Below, piece after piece: positions 1-12,828 of a DNA stretch of 64,000 nt. The notes under the pieces were generated by a model that ran no database searches, was not told the DNA's origin, and saw only the letters and a program-made list of their open reading frames with translations. How positions within the stretch are numbered: the stretch's first letter is position 1; every line of letters begins with the position of its first letter. Source of the DNA: Gordius albopunctatus (lineage: Eukaryota). Position numbers and translations under genes: made by a program. The stretch lies in the NCBI GenBank assembly GCA_964276515.1, contig OZ193909.1, positions 8,308,001 to 8,372,000 on the forward strand, in the 5' to 3' direction.

Positions 1-1372
1 CGCGGGCCGTGCCGGACCTAAAATTGAGCAATAAAAAAAGGTGCGGGCCGGGTTTGGGCTTTGAAAAGTGAAAATTTTGAAATTATTTATTTTCATGCTT
101 TAATTTTAATATAGAAACAAAAAAATGCACTTATTAGCTTAATGATAATAAAAAAATTTATTTTTCCAAACTAAATCTGGTGGAACTCAATAATCATAAT
201 GTGGAAAAGTTTGAGTGAGATGTATGATAAACTAGTCATTTTGGGAAAGATTTAATGGAAAATTTGAAGGTATATTACCTTTTTAAAAGGCAAGCATCCA
301 GTTAGAAGCGGATAAGACACCGACACTATAAAATATTACTCTTTTATACATCATTAAAAAGCATCCCAATTTTGTTTCCTTCAACTACGTGTAATGATGA
401 TCCTGTTGACTTAAAGATTTATCTACAAATTTAAGTCAAGAGCCCAAACTATGCTAATTTCAAAGTTTAATATCGAAAGTTATCATAAAATATTAACAAG
501 ATCAAAATATAAATTTAATTTAAAAAATTTGTCCTCTCCCGGGATTGAACACGAACCTCCAGGTCGGGAAGCTGGTGTAAATAAATTAGAGGGTAACGGA
601 CGGACGGACACCAAAAAGCGAGCCCATAAATTGCATAGCAATTAATATCAACCTTTCTTGTTTATTAGTTTTGCACGATGAAAATGCTACCCGAGTATGA
701 AAGAAACTTCTTAAAAACTACGGTAAAAATATTTTAAAGAAATCCATGTAAGAAAATCCTGGGTTTTCCGACATAGATCTTCTTTCATAAGTGGTCCAAC
801 TATGATTAATCCAGCTCAGGTGTGCAACACTAAGCAATTATCTATTTTTTTATTTGGGACGATGATGAAACGGAAAAATTGAAGATTTCCACGAAGTTGA
901 TACATCTTAAATCAAATCTAAACCTGAGGATGCTCAGCTAGGTGTATTTTTATGGTCGAAACACCAACTTATGTTAGTTACCAAAATTAGCTAGTCAGTT
1001 TTTGTCAATTCCAATGGCTACGGCTACGAGTAAATTCACATTCAGTAAGGCAAGTCGTCTTATATAACAGAGAAGAACGAAATTATTGCCTGATAGAATA
1101 TATACTCTATTAGTTTTAAATGACAATTTTAAATTGTAATTTTTAATTAGAACCGATTTTATATGCTATATTTAAATTATTTCACGAACAATACAAAAAA
1201 ATTTTTATACAAATAAATAATTTTGAAACAGCGTAGACTTGTTTTTACTCGTGCGGGCCTGATGCGTCACAATTTTTGGAATTTTATTGCGGGCCGGGTG
1301 CGGGCCAAAAAATTTATATTTGTGCGGGTATGGACCGGGCCTGAACCTAAAATTTCGGCCCATGGAGACCTC
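1..1372 (+). mobile_element. Degenerate hAT DNA transposon remnant
   Basis: 978-1139 translates to PKLASQFLSIPMATATSKFTFSKASRLI*QRRTKLLPDRIYTLLVLNDN (hAT C-terminal dimerisation domain, with a stop). GCGGGCC subterminal repeats at 1-60 and 1250-1345; end ...GGCCCATGGAGACCTC. A related end is at ~17491. Confidence 0.7.
500..645 (-). mobile_element. 5' end fragment of Helentron/DINE-1-like (HINE) family
   Basis: GGAC microsatellite followed by GCCCATAAATTGCATAGCAA, the same terminus as at 30685, 31282 and 45400. Confidence 0.7.
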
Positions 1373-1786
1373 CCTGTGCCCCTACAAAAGCCTATGCCTC
1401 TATTAATGTGGTTTCGAATCCCGGCAAACGTTCTGAATTGCTGGTTCGAATCCCGGAGAGGCAAAATTTTTGTTTTTTTTAAATTAAATTAATATATTGT
1501 TCTTGTTAACACCATTGATAATATGACTTTCTGACCGTGTTCTGGCTACTGACCAATGAAAAAATGACCATTGGCCAAATTACGGATCGAATTTTTTTTC
1601 GTTTTTGAATTGGTTAACATTGCTAATTACCCTATGCCCTCCCCTACAAAGACCTATGCCTCTACTGATATGGGTCCCTGTGCCCCTACAAAGGCTTATG
1701 CATCTACTGATGTGGGTTCAAATCTCGGAGAGGGCAAATTTTTTTTTGTTTTTATTATTTAATTAATATATTGTCCTTGTTAATAC

Positions 1787-3066
1787 TAGAGATGCACCGA
1801 TACCACTATTTTATGCCGATACCGATACCAGCCGATACTTAAGATTTTTTTGCCGATACCGATACCATGCCGATACTTATAATAAAAAAAATTTTTATAC
1901 TAAAAAATATATGCAAATTAAATATTATAAATTAAGTCACATCCAAATTTTGGTAGATCAGAATTTTGACGATAAAACAATTGTAATTATAATTTATAAT
2001 ATAATATTAATTTATAATAATAAATTAGAGCCTTTTCAATTTCATTTTTAATATTATCTGAGGTATGTTTTTCATTAAATGTAAGTACATTTAATGTTCT
2101 TGATTTTAAGTAAAAATCTTTGGTTATATATTGGCAGGTGAGGCTCATATGGGCATCTGTTGCTGCTTTTCTAGACCATATATCCGTTGTAAAATTAAAA
2201 AACATTGTATCACAAGAAAATTGTTTTTTTATCATTAGTAATTTCTTCCATTATTTTTTTTTAATATTAACATACATTTTACTTAAAGCAGTTTCAGAAA
2301 AATAACGTCGACTTGGAATGACATATTTAGGACAAATTTTTTTTATTAATCTATTAAATCCAATATCTTCTACAATTGAAAAGGGTTGTGAGTCCAGTGC
2401 AATCATTTCAGCAATTAATTGAGCAATACTCTCTGCTTTATCATGTGTACTATCCCACATTTTATTAAGCTCAATCACTTCTTTTAATGTAGATTGAATA
2501 CCAGAAGCTGGTTTTTGTTTATCCAAATTAATCTTTTTTGTATTAATATCACTTTCATTTTTAAGAACACTGCGAAATTCGATTGGATGTCTACCTTTTA
2601 AATGTTTCCTTAAATTTGAAGTATTAAAGGAATGTTTGTTTTTGCCCCCACGACTTATTTTAGCTTTGCATAATTCACAGATTACAAATTTTTCATCTGC
2701 TGACACAACAAAATAACTCCATAGTGTATCTATATCTAAAGAATCCATCTAAGGCGTAATATATAATGATTTTTAAAATAAAACAATATTTACTTAAAAG
2801 CGCAGTTATTCGGAACAGATGGTCAATGAGTTTATTATACTCCACATAGAAATATTTATAGCCAATCAAATGAAACAATTTTCAAAAAATTTAAAAAGTC
2901 CTCTATTTTTTAATGGTAGGAGATACTATAAATATTATTTTTTGAGTTTCATATTGAAAAAGGTATCGGCTTGGTAATTGCCGATACTAGCAAAGTATCG
3001 GGCCGATTCTTTTGGCAAGGTATCGGCGCCGATACCATGCCGATACTTGGTATCGGTGCATCTCTA
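1787..3066 (-). mobile_element. Internally deleted hAT (Ac/ZBED-like) element
   Basis: 19-bp TIR TAGAGATGCACCGATACCA; perfect 8-bp TSD GTTAATAC (1779-1786, 3067-3074); GCCGATAC subterminal repeats. Confidence 0.95.
1987..2748 (-). pseudogene. BED zinc-finger hAT transposase, frameshifted and truncated
   Basis: LWSYF..CELC..NTSNLRKHLKGRHP (BED finger), IALDSQPFSIVEDIGF, and FTTDIWS (first catalytic Asp), split over two frames. Confidence 0.9.
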
Positions 3067-4838
3067 GTTAATACCATTGATATTATGACTTTTTGACCGT
3101 TCGCTGGCTGCTGACCAATGAAAAAATGACCATTAATCAAATTGTGATTCGAAAATTCTTTTTTCGTTTTGAATTGGTATATTAGCTTAACATTGATAAT
3201 GACTCCATGGCCTCTCCTACAAGGTCCTATACCTATACTGATACGGGTCCCTGTGCCCCTACAAAGGCTTATGCCTCTACTGATGCGGGTTAGAATCCCG
3301 GCGAACGTTCTGAATTGCTGGTTCGATACCCGGAGAGGGCAAAATTTTTATTTTTAAAAAAAATTAAATTAATATTTTGTTCTTGTTAATAACATTGATA
3401 ATATGACTTTTTGATCGTGTTCTGGCTACTGACCATCGAAAAAAATGACCATTGGCCAAATTGTGATTCGAAATTTTTTTTTCGTTTTTGAATTGGTTAA
3501 CATTGATAATTACCCTATGCCCTCCCCTACAAGTGTCTATGCCTCTACTGATATGGGTCCCTGTGCCCCTACAAAAGCCTATGCCTCTATTAATGTGGGT
3601 TCGAATCCCGGAGAGGACAAATTTTTTTTTGTTTTTAATTAAATTAATAATTTGTTCCTGTTAATACCATTGATAATATAACTTATTGACCGTGCCCTGG
3701 CTACTGACCAATGTAAAAAAAATGACCATTAACCAAATTGTGATTCGAAATTTTTTTTCGTTTTTTTTACTCGTATGTATTTATAGACCGTCTCTTGGTG
3801 CTGACCAATAAAAAAAATAACCATTGGCCAAATTGTGATCCGAAATTTTATTTTCGTTTTTGAATTGGTATATTAGGTAGACATTGATAATTACCTTATG
3901 TCCTCCCCTAGAAGAGCCCTTGCCTCTACTGATATGGGTCCCTGTGCCCCCCCCTACAAAAACCTATGCCTCTATTAATGTGGGTTCGAATCCCGGCGAG
4001 GGAAAATTATATTTGTAGATGTGTTACTAACTAAATGCATACAAATATTCCGTCGTTTTGTATTTGCTATGTTTGAAAATATATGATTGGAATTAAGCAA
4101 AAAGAACATTAATTTTATTTGAATTTTTCAAATTTGTATAACATTGTAATTTAGATCGTCTGTTACAACTTAAGAAGTGGGTTTAGGAAAGTTAGAATAT
4201 AAGTAGAAATATGTATTAGTGCAAGAGTAATAACAATTGATTGCCGTGCTAGTTAGTAGATTTATAAGATTTAGTAAAGAATGATAGTTAATATTGTAGG
4301 GGGAGGTATAAAGTGGCGACTGCCCCCCCCCCCTAAATTTAAAAACATTAATATTTAAAAAAAAACATCAAATCACCCCTCCCTAAATCATAATTGCCCC
4401 CTTCTAGCTCCAATCCTGTAAAGTTCGCTTTTCCCTAGCACAGTAATTTTGTTTCCCTCCTACTCTATCAAATAAAATCAATAATATAAGTTATATACTT
4501 CGTGAAGGTATTCGTTTTCCATACCCATGTGACGTATTCGATTGAGTTGTGGAGACATAGTTTGTTTAACAAATATCGATAAAATTTACTACATATTTAT
4601 CATTATTACTATTATTTTTATATGCCAAGGTTAAACTACATTTTATTACCCTACCCCTATCTTACCCTCTTATCCGCCCACCGCTGACTTGGCGCTCTAA
4701 GTTTTTTTGCCTGAAGTGAGGGGGAATAGAAGAGTATAATTGCTATTCAGAATTATTCAACATTCCACATAAATTCTTTACAAACTAGACCAAAATAATT
4801 TATATAAAATATCTAAAATAAGCTTGGATAAAGTCTCT

Positions 4839-5210
4839 GAAAGAGGAAATTGGACTGGAAAATTAGATTTTATCCTTTCTTGCATAGGATTTGCCATTGG
4901 GTTAGGAAATATTTGGAGATTTCCATACATTTGTTACACCAATGGAGAAGGTTATTTTATATAATTATCTTAATACCAATATATATGATATTCATATGTA
5001 AATTATAAATTTATCTTCAATCTTTATGTTAAGGCCAATAAATAGCTGAGCCTTATTATATGAATCCTTTATTTACTTATCTATTATTCTATATGCTAAT
5101 AAATTCTGATAATTGCCCATTGCGCAGAAAAAAAGTTGAAAATTTAGGTGTATTTTTAATCCAATATTATATATTTACCATATATTCTTTAGAAGTTTGC
5201 AATTCGTTAA
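4839..5210 (+). pseudogene. SLC6 sodium:neurotransmitter symporter N-terminal fragment (2 exons)
   Basis: 4839-4950 encodes [37 protein letters not shown](G), the SLC6 TM1 signature. GT at 4951, AG at 5146-5147, then (G)VFLIQYYIF, a decayed GAFLIPY, followed by a stop. No further exons recognised. Confidence 0.8.
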
Positions 5211-5576
5211 TAAACAAACATAATAATATGTTCTAGGGATAATTAATTTTGTTTATACCACCAACTATAAATACTTTTAGGGGAAATGAAATTTTTCATT
5301 CATTTACAGGGTAAAAATGACCGCAAGTGTTTGAGGTTTTTAATTAAATTATTTTGATAGAGAATTTTTTAGGAACAAAATTCACCAAATTTGAGTGAAT
5401 AACGCATTTATTGTCAATAATAGTTAAATCCATAAAACGCTCGCGAACGTGATTTCGTCCCTTAAAACCTCCATAATTTAAAAAGTATTGGCCCAAAATA
5501 GATCTAATAAATGAGACCTACACCCTCACCAAAAATTATCCTGATCTAAGATGGTGATGCAAAAATCGTCTCTTTT

Positions 5577-6073
5577 AATTGGTATGCAATATATGGGCTC
5601 GCTTTTTGTTGTCCGTCCGTCCTCCAACGTTCTGATTCGCTGGTTTTTGAATTGGTATATTAGGTTAACATGCCCTTACAAAAGCCTATGCCTCTATTAA
5701 TGTGGGTTCGAATCCAGGAGAGGGCAAAATTTTTTTTAAATTAAATTAATATATTGTTTTTGTTAATACCATCGATAATATGACTTTTTCCCGTGCCCTG
5801 GCTACTTACCAATGGAGAAAATGACCGTTGGCCAAAATGTGATTCGAAATTTTAATTTTTGTTTCTAAATTGCTTACCATTGATATTTACCCTATACCCG
5901 TCAGTCAAATTATTTTGCATTTAATACCCCCCTATAGGCATTCTCGCCCCTTCCCGCCTTTCTCGCTTATAAATTGCAGCAAATATGCTGCGTTTATACG
6001 GAGTATAGATGAGTTTCGTTCCCCCTTCCCTTCCCCCCTCCGCCTTCCAACGTGGCCCGAAGGCCCGAGTTTA
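5577..6073 (+). mobile_element. Short complete HINE (Helentron/DINE-1-like) copy
   Basis: Degenerate subTIRs at 5579-5598 and 5965-5982, GTCC microsatellite, one internal repeat unit, and a degenerate 3' hairpin followed by GAGTTT. Confidence 0.75.
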
Positions 6074-6305
6074 TTTTAATAAATCAATATGTACAATTGG
6101 GTTATAACAATATTAATAAAATATGGATCAGATAATCATTTTCGAAATATCAATGAATGGATTGGACGTAGAGCCCTGCAAAATGAATTTTTTCTACCCG
6201 AGAGTATTTATTTTACCTGGCCCGAGCCTGAATAACTTTTTTATTTTTGGCCCGACCCGATTTTTCTAGTGATGCGGAAAAACCAAGAAAAATGCGAGAC
6301 GAGAA

Positions 6306-6390
6306 ATGAGAAAGTCATTCGTCATATGATCGAGCTTAGTATACCCCAAGCTCCACCGTATCATTCTCATCTCTGTGGCTTGTAATAGCA
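6306..6390 (-). mobile_element. Small RTE LINE fragment
   Basis: Nearly identical to 31558-31620 plus 31874-31900, i.e. the empty-site version of the MITE insertion there. Confidence 0.8.
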
Positions 6391-6679
6391 TTTGTATGTT
6401 TTCTGTTTCAATTCACTTAAAAAATATCTGTTTTATCTTTAAATTTCTATGTTTTATGTTTGGATATACTTAATATATATCTGTTTTATGTTTAATTTTA
6501 TAGATCCTATCATTTGGTGGAAATAAATATATTATTTTTAATTATATAAAAGGCATATTTTCTTTTGTAGGCTCTTTGATTTATGTCAAATGTTCCAGGC
6601 ATCATGTATTCCTCTATCTATGTATTTAAGAATATCTAAACATCAGCATCAATATCATATTTAGCCATTTAAAAAAATA

Positions 6680-7235
6680 ATTGAGCTTAAATATGTTATA
6701 GTGACTAATACAATTGAGTTATTGAAGTTATAAGATGTGTTTTATTTGTAAAGTTTGATGTTTTAATCTACTGGAAAAAATTATATCTAAGAATAATAGA
6801 GCTTAAATAGGATATATTAAATAATAATTTTGAGATATTGAATTTAGGAGTTTAGTTGCAAAGTAGAGCCACTACTATCTTGAAAAAAGAGAATAACTAA
6901 AACAATAATGGAGCTTAAATATTATATAGTACATAATAATATTGAGATATTGAAGTTATAAGTTAAGTGAATACTATGCAATGTTTGATGTACTATTATC
7001 TTAGTATAATAATATCTAAAAAATAAATGATATTCAATATTATGTAGTATATAATACAATTGAGATATTGAAACTATAAGTTAAGTAGATATTTTCCAAA
7101 GTTCGGTGTACTATTATCTTAGTATAATAATATCTAAAAAATAAATGAGCTTAAATATTAAATAGTAAATAAAATACTATAGAAAATATTGAAGTTTTAA
7201 GTTAAGTGGTTACTTTGCAAAGTTTAGTGCACTAA
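6680..7235. repeat. AT-rich minisatellite, ~120-bp unit, about 4.5-5 copies
   Basis: Recurrent TTGAGATATTGAAGTTATAAG...CAAAGTTT...GAGCTTAAATA. Confidence 0.8.
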
Positions 7236-9303
7236 TATCCTGGACAAAAGTGGATTTCAATAATGAATGCTTTGCGATTAAAATATGGGATAGTAGCCCT
7301 ATCAAAAATCGCTTTACTCCACGTGTTATAAACATTCACGCTAATCATATTTATCAAATATAATTTTAACCAATAAAATTGAGGCGCACAAATATCCTGG
7401 CATATTTTTAACCTGCTACACCGGCCCAACATGATGTTGGGCTCTATTAAAATAGGCAAGATAAATCCATGAAAAACATTTTCCCTTAATATCCTGGCTA
7501 CGTTTATGAAAAACGCCATCAAACTAAACCTAACATTTTATTGAACTTGTAACTAGTGATGAATGGGCGTGCTATCTTAAACCAGTTGAAAGCTTAGAAT
7601 AATCAATTGCGAGAATTCATTTTAGTATGCGCAGCCATTTTCAAAAATTGCGGCAATTTGTTTACGCGGCAAGAATAGCCATTTGTAAAACAACAAGGAT
7701 GACAAATGAATCAAATCAAAGTTTTATGTAATTGATTTTTTGCAATTTTTTTAAGTTAAGTGAATATCAACTATTATGTGGCATTAAAGAGAACTAACAA
7801 TTAAATTTAAATGCCTTTTTTATATAATTTAGTTTGATGTTATAATTTAAATAATATAAAAATGAGAATTGTATATATGTCTAAGTACTTATTGAATTTT
7901 ATTGATATAGCTTACCTTATATGTGATAATTACACTAATAAATTAATAAAAGCTTGTAATAAATAATTTAGTATAAAATGGATATTTTATTAACCATAAA
8001 TTATTATATTAAAAATGTATAGAATATGAATATGATTTTAGTAAATTTGAACACAGGTGGAAGAGATTTATGCACTTAAATAGGTTTGCTTTTCTGCTTG
8101 AAGCTTAAACCTAAAAAAATGTGTAATATTATTAATATATATTAATGAAGTAACAGCAGCCATTCTATAAAAAATGACGCCCAATTTTGATAAGCCTAGT
8201 GGCAAATAATTTTACATAGAAGTAGGATGGACTTTATTATATATAAATACTAAAATGCATGACACATTTTCTAGGCAGCATGTGTGTTAAACCAATATGT
8301 ATCTATCAGATGAAATTAGGAATTAATGGCCCTAATCTTCATTCCATGTTCCGGTAAATATCACAAGTTCCAGGATCTCCTTGCCGAATTTTTCTGCCAT
8401 GCACACAAATAAAAGAGTGAGGTGAAGGTTTAAGGATGGGAAAAGGCTTACTTAATGATGCTAGGTTCGGCATAGGAACTAACCCGGGCAGCGGCCCGGC
8501 GTTTAACGTGGTGATTGGTCTCTTTGCCAAACGATGTGGAGGCGATAGAAGGAGTTGTTGGAGTGGTGGTCACGACCGGTGTTACAATCCTGAAAACATT
8601 ATCATTAAACTCTCCTCGTGAAACAAATAAATTTATGGGCTCTGTTGCCAGCGGCGGGATCGAGTTAGCATTAGCTTTTTTAACTCCCTTACTTTTCCCA
8701 TTTCTCGCAACCTTTGTCTCACTTTTTGCAGTTTTAATCATTTTAATCGCGGTGGACCCTTTTTTTATTCTTTTTAACTTCTTTAAGGGTAAAAGAAGGA
8801 TCATGGGGATCGTTATATATTCCCCTTTCATCTTGGCCGTAAAGTGCAGAATTTTCCGTGAACAAATTTTTCACCTAGGCGTTAATAATATTAATGTATC
8901 GAAGGTGTTTGTTTAAGAGTAATTAAATTGCTAATATCCAAGACGCCGCTTAAGATTGGACTTAAGTTTCTACGAAGATATTGTAGTTAGTTGCGAATTA
9001 CATCATATTTAAAGCAATTGAATTATAGATCCTCAAGTCTTTAAATATTACCGACGAAACTTGTACCCGTTTAAAAATTGTGAATTATATTTATTTTATC
9101 TTTTCTTTCGCTTTCCGAACCCGTTGTTTTACTGGTTTGATCACTTCTCCTACGCTATCTCCCCCAACGATGGGTTCTTGCAGAATAGTCTAAGAAATCG
9201 CAAATTTGTATTTTTCGTGAATTAAAGTTAAATAAAATAAATAAGCTTTAATTCTAAATTAACTGAAATATATAGAATGGCAAATTATTGAGAGACGGTT
9301 AGA

Positions 9304-10980
9304 TTATTTAGATGCGTTGACCTTTAAACCATATCCAGCTAAGCGCTTTGACCACTTTTCGGCTTCTTCGAATACTTTCTTCTTTGTTTCCTCGCATAGT
9401 ACTATATCAACGGCATATAGCATAAACCATGGCGATGGCTTTTGAATGTCCCTCTTTATCGTGTCTATAATTATATTAAATAAAAAGGGACTTAAAGCAG
9501 AGCCTTGATGTAATCCAATATTAACCCGAAAAGGTTTAGAGTCTCCAACTGTCGTCCTAACGCAAGAGTTTGAAGCTTCACAAATATTTTTCATAAGCCG
9601 TATATATGCGTCAGGGATATTTTGTTTCCTCAGGCACCTCTATATTAAATCGCGGGGGACCGTGTCATAAGCTTTCTCCAAGTCGATAAAAACCATATGT
9701 AGGTCTTTCCTCTTTTCACCATACTTATCCATCATTTGTCTTAGGGCAAAGATTGGGTCGATTGTGGCCGGCCATGAATCCAAATTGATTAGCCGATATT
9801 TCAACCTCGCTTTTCAGACTTGTTACTAAGATCCTTTAAAAAAGCTTCAAGGAGTGGCAAGTTAGCTTGATACCTCTGTAATTGCCGCAGTCCTGAGGGT
9901 CTCCTTTTCCTTTAAATGATTGTATAATCGTGCTTGCCCCCCATTGATTAGGGATTCGCTCTTCTACCAATATCTTGCTAAGGAGGTTCGTCATGGTGGT
10001 GACTCCTTTTTCACGACATCCGAGAAATGCTTCCATAGGTATTCCATCTGGACCATTAGCTTTTCCTTTTTGCATCTTGTTCATTTGTGTCCTAACTTCA
10101 TCCTCCTGAAAGAGTTCGACCATACTTATATTTGGCTCAATTTCGGGAAGGAAATCCTTGTCATTTGCAATATTCATAAGTCTCTTAAAATATCCTTTCC
10201 ACCTTTCCATCACCTCTTTCGGCTTGAATAAGGTTTGAGCCTTCTCGCTTTTGACTATTTTAAGAACTCCGACATATCGACTTTTCTTCTCCCTTATCTT
10301 GGCCAATACGCGGCATTCTTCGCTTTTGCAACGGCCTTTTTTGCGGCCCTCTTTGCGTACCTGTACTCTTGATAATCCTTCGAGTTTTTTGATTTATGCC
10401 ACCGTCTATATAGATCTTTCTTTCTTTTGATTAAATCTTTAACCGATTGATCCCACCACCATAGTTCCCTATTCATAGCTTTGCCTCCTTTGGTCTGTCC
10501 TAGAACACAAATCGCTGTTTCCTTAATGTCCTTAGATAGCGTCTCCCAATCGTCGTCTACGTCCCTTTGCAACTAAGAGTTAGCAGGCTTTTTGATGATA
10601 TTCTTTGTTAGTCGACGTATCCTTTAGCCTTCCGTATCGAATTCGAGGTTCATAGACCTTTCTTCTTTCGGGAAATACTCTTCTGTCAAGATTCATAACA
10701 AAGGGACGATGTTGCCTGGCGATAGAGTTGTTAAATTGCTAACTTGCTTCAAACTCCAGACGCGAGCACGCACACTGAGTTGCTTAATATGCGCGTTAGC
10801 ACAATATGTGCTCGCTGTTCGGTGCACTAGGTAGAACATTAGCATATAAAATGCTCGAGGACCGAGCAGAAACTCGAGCACATGGTAGCTGGAGTTGAAG
10901 AAAGTTAGCAATTTAACAACTCTACCTGGCGATTTATTCTCCCGGTATTACTTTGCAATCCTTGATACAAAAAGCATATT
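9304..10980 (-). mobile_element. RTE-clade LINE remnant (RT region, frameshifted)
   Basis: KGKANGPDGIP, KGKGDPQDCGNYRGIKL, FIDLEKAYD, GLHQGSALSPFLF and MLYAVDIV motifs. Confidence 0.9.
10723..10924. mobile_element. hAT-type MITE (202 bp)
   Basis: TIR TAGAGTTGTTAAATTGCTAAC; perfect 8-bp TSD CCTGGCGA; second copy at 32231-32433. Confidence 0.95.
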
Positions 10981-11039
10981 AAATCTTTGGAACAACCATA
11001 AATCATCTATCTGTTTAAACAATTTTATTGAACGAGTTT

Positions 11040-12741
11040 CTTAACAGCCTTCAACCTTTATAAATCCCACCTAAGAATTGCATATGCACTTAAGGCAGAC
11101 CCTCACCTATCTGGAAAACTTCTATACCACCTTTTTTACAAAGTCTGGGAAAATGAGGAATTGCCAAACTCCTGGTAGTTAAGCCGCCTAAACTATTCAA
11201 GAAAGGAGACCCTTCGGATCCAAACAACTATCGGGGAGTGACAATTATAAACATTGAATCAAAGCTCTTTATCAAAGCTCTTTATCAAAGTATTATACGA
11301 TAGGCTCTACAATCAGGTAGATGATATCCTTAGACACAACCAAGCGGGGTTCAGGAGGTACCGCACAACCAGGGAACATGTTATCACACTAAGAAAGATA
11401 ATAGATATTTCCAGCCATAGCAAAAACCCCCTTGTCCTTGTATTCTTAGATTTAGCCAAAGCTTTCGACTCTGTTCAGCACCTATATATATTGGAGCCCT
11501 TATGTCTATTGGGAATACCAAAGAAGATAATCAGAATTATTTTTCTTATATACGCAGCGCAGACATGAAGGTAGTTGTCTCTCACCTTCATCATTTATCA
11601 GACCCAATTCTCGTGACGACGGGAGTCAGACAAGGCTGCCCATTGTCTCCCCTTATTTTTATTATAGTGATGGATCTGATAATGAAAAGATCAATATTTT
11701 CCTCCGATGGCATTACGTTAAACGAGACTATGCTATCCTAACTCATCTTTGCCGAAGACTTATGTCTGTCGGCAACCTCTACAAAGAAGGCCCAATCTAT
11801 AGTGGACAGATTCTCCGATCAGGCAAAACAAGCTGGAATATATATAAATGTCGACAAATATGCAATGATAACACTAAACGTTCCCTCAGAGGACAAGGTA
11901 CTGATCAATAACAACCCTATTAATATGACCCACAAAGTTCGATACCTAGAAGTAGACCTCACAACAGACATCTATGCCGGAGTAGATGTGGAGTCAAAAT
12001 TACAACGCACCCTTGTTAAATTCCACTCTTGTACCGCCATATAGAGGTCCCGCCAGTTGACGCTCCCTACACGACTCAGGATTTTCAAAGTAATGATCCT
12101 ACCAGTTCTGTTAGACGGTTGTGAATCCTGGTCTTTAAAAACACCTACCCTAAAAAAGCTCCAAGTCAACGTGAATAAAATGCTGCGGATAGTCTGTGGA
12201 ATTTTATACCCTAACATAATATCAAACGAAAACTTATGGGTTCGGTGCAAAATTCCTCCTATAAAGAATATAATTTAAACCAGAAAATGGGGCTTCTTAG
12301 ACCGTCAGGCAAGAAGAAAAGGAACTAATTATTGTTTATCATCCCTGTTCTGGCATTCCCCTCTATTAAGGGGTCGCAGTGCAATAATAGTTGGCTGTAC
12401 AAAGTATTCCGCGACATGTAAACCCTCGATAAAGATTGGACCTCGTTACAAGCTATTATGAATGATAGAATATCATGGAAAACCTTCTCGGAAACCTATA
12501 TTTCTCGCCTCCACTAATACGGCCTTATTTCTACCCATAATCTCATCCTTTAATTATTAACCATAACCCACACCTAAGGTACATTAACTTATTATCTATA
12601 CATACATTTGTTACAGGAATAAAATCACACGTTAGCAATAACGTGGCCTTATGCGCCATTTGGCGTAAGAAGGGGCTCAACCTTAGATTGAACTTACTAA
12701 GCTCTTGGGCGTCTTCGGGGCAAAAATACATACATACATAT
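11040..12741 (+). mobile_element. 5'-truncated non-LTR retrotransposon (RTE-like), degenerate
   Basis: QAGFRRYRTT, FLDLAKAFDSV, GVRQGCPLSP and ILPVLLDGCESW motifs; short (ACAT)n tail at ~12728-12740. Confidence 0.85.
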
Positions 12742-12828
12742 CTGCAATTTTCAAAATTTTTTAATTAATAGTGCTATCCGGTAGATTTTTATATTTATAA
12801 GGAATCAAGACATAAGGGATAGATTAAA

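Larger units (their letters stand above)
1373..4010 (+). repeat. Complex tandem array (~270-bp higher-order units) from the HINE internal region, interrupted by a hAT element
   Basis: Recurrent blocks GACCAATGAAAAAATGACCATTGGCC, CCCCTACAAAGGCCTATGCCTCTA and GGTTCGAATCCCGG. The same blocks occur inside elements at 5577, 26328, 29002, 43950 and 63115. Confidence 0.85.

Noticed and set aside
1373..4010. CRISPR-like array or tRNA gene cluster
   Set aside because: The sequences between repeats are themselves repeated, there are no cas genes and the context is eukaryotic; GGTTCGAATCC lacks an A-box and cloverleaf.
8339..8500. Histone-fold similarity (KEILEL)
   Set aside because: A five-residue resemblance to H2A without the flanking conserved motifs.
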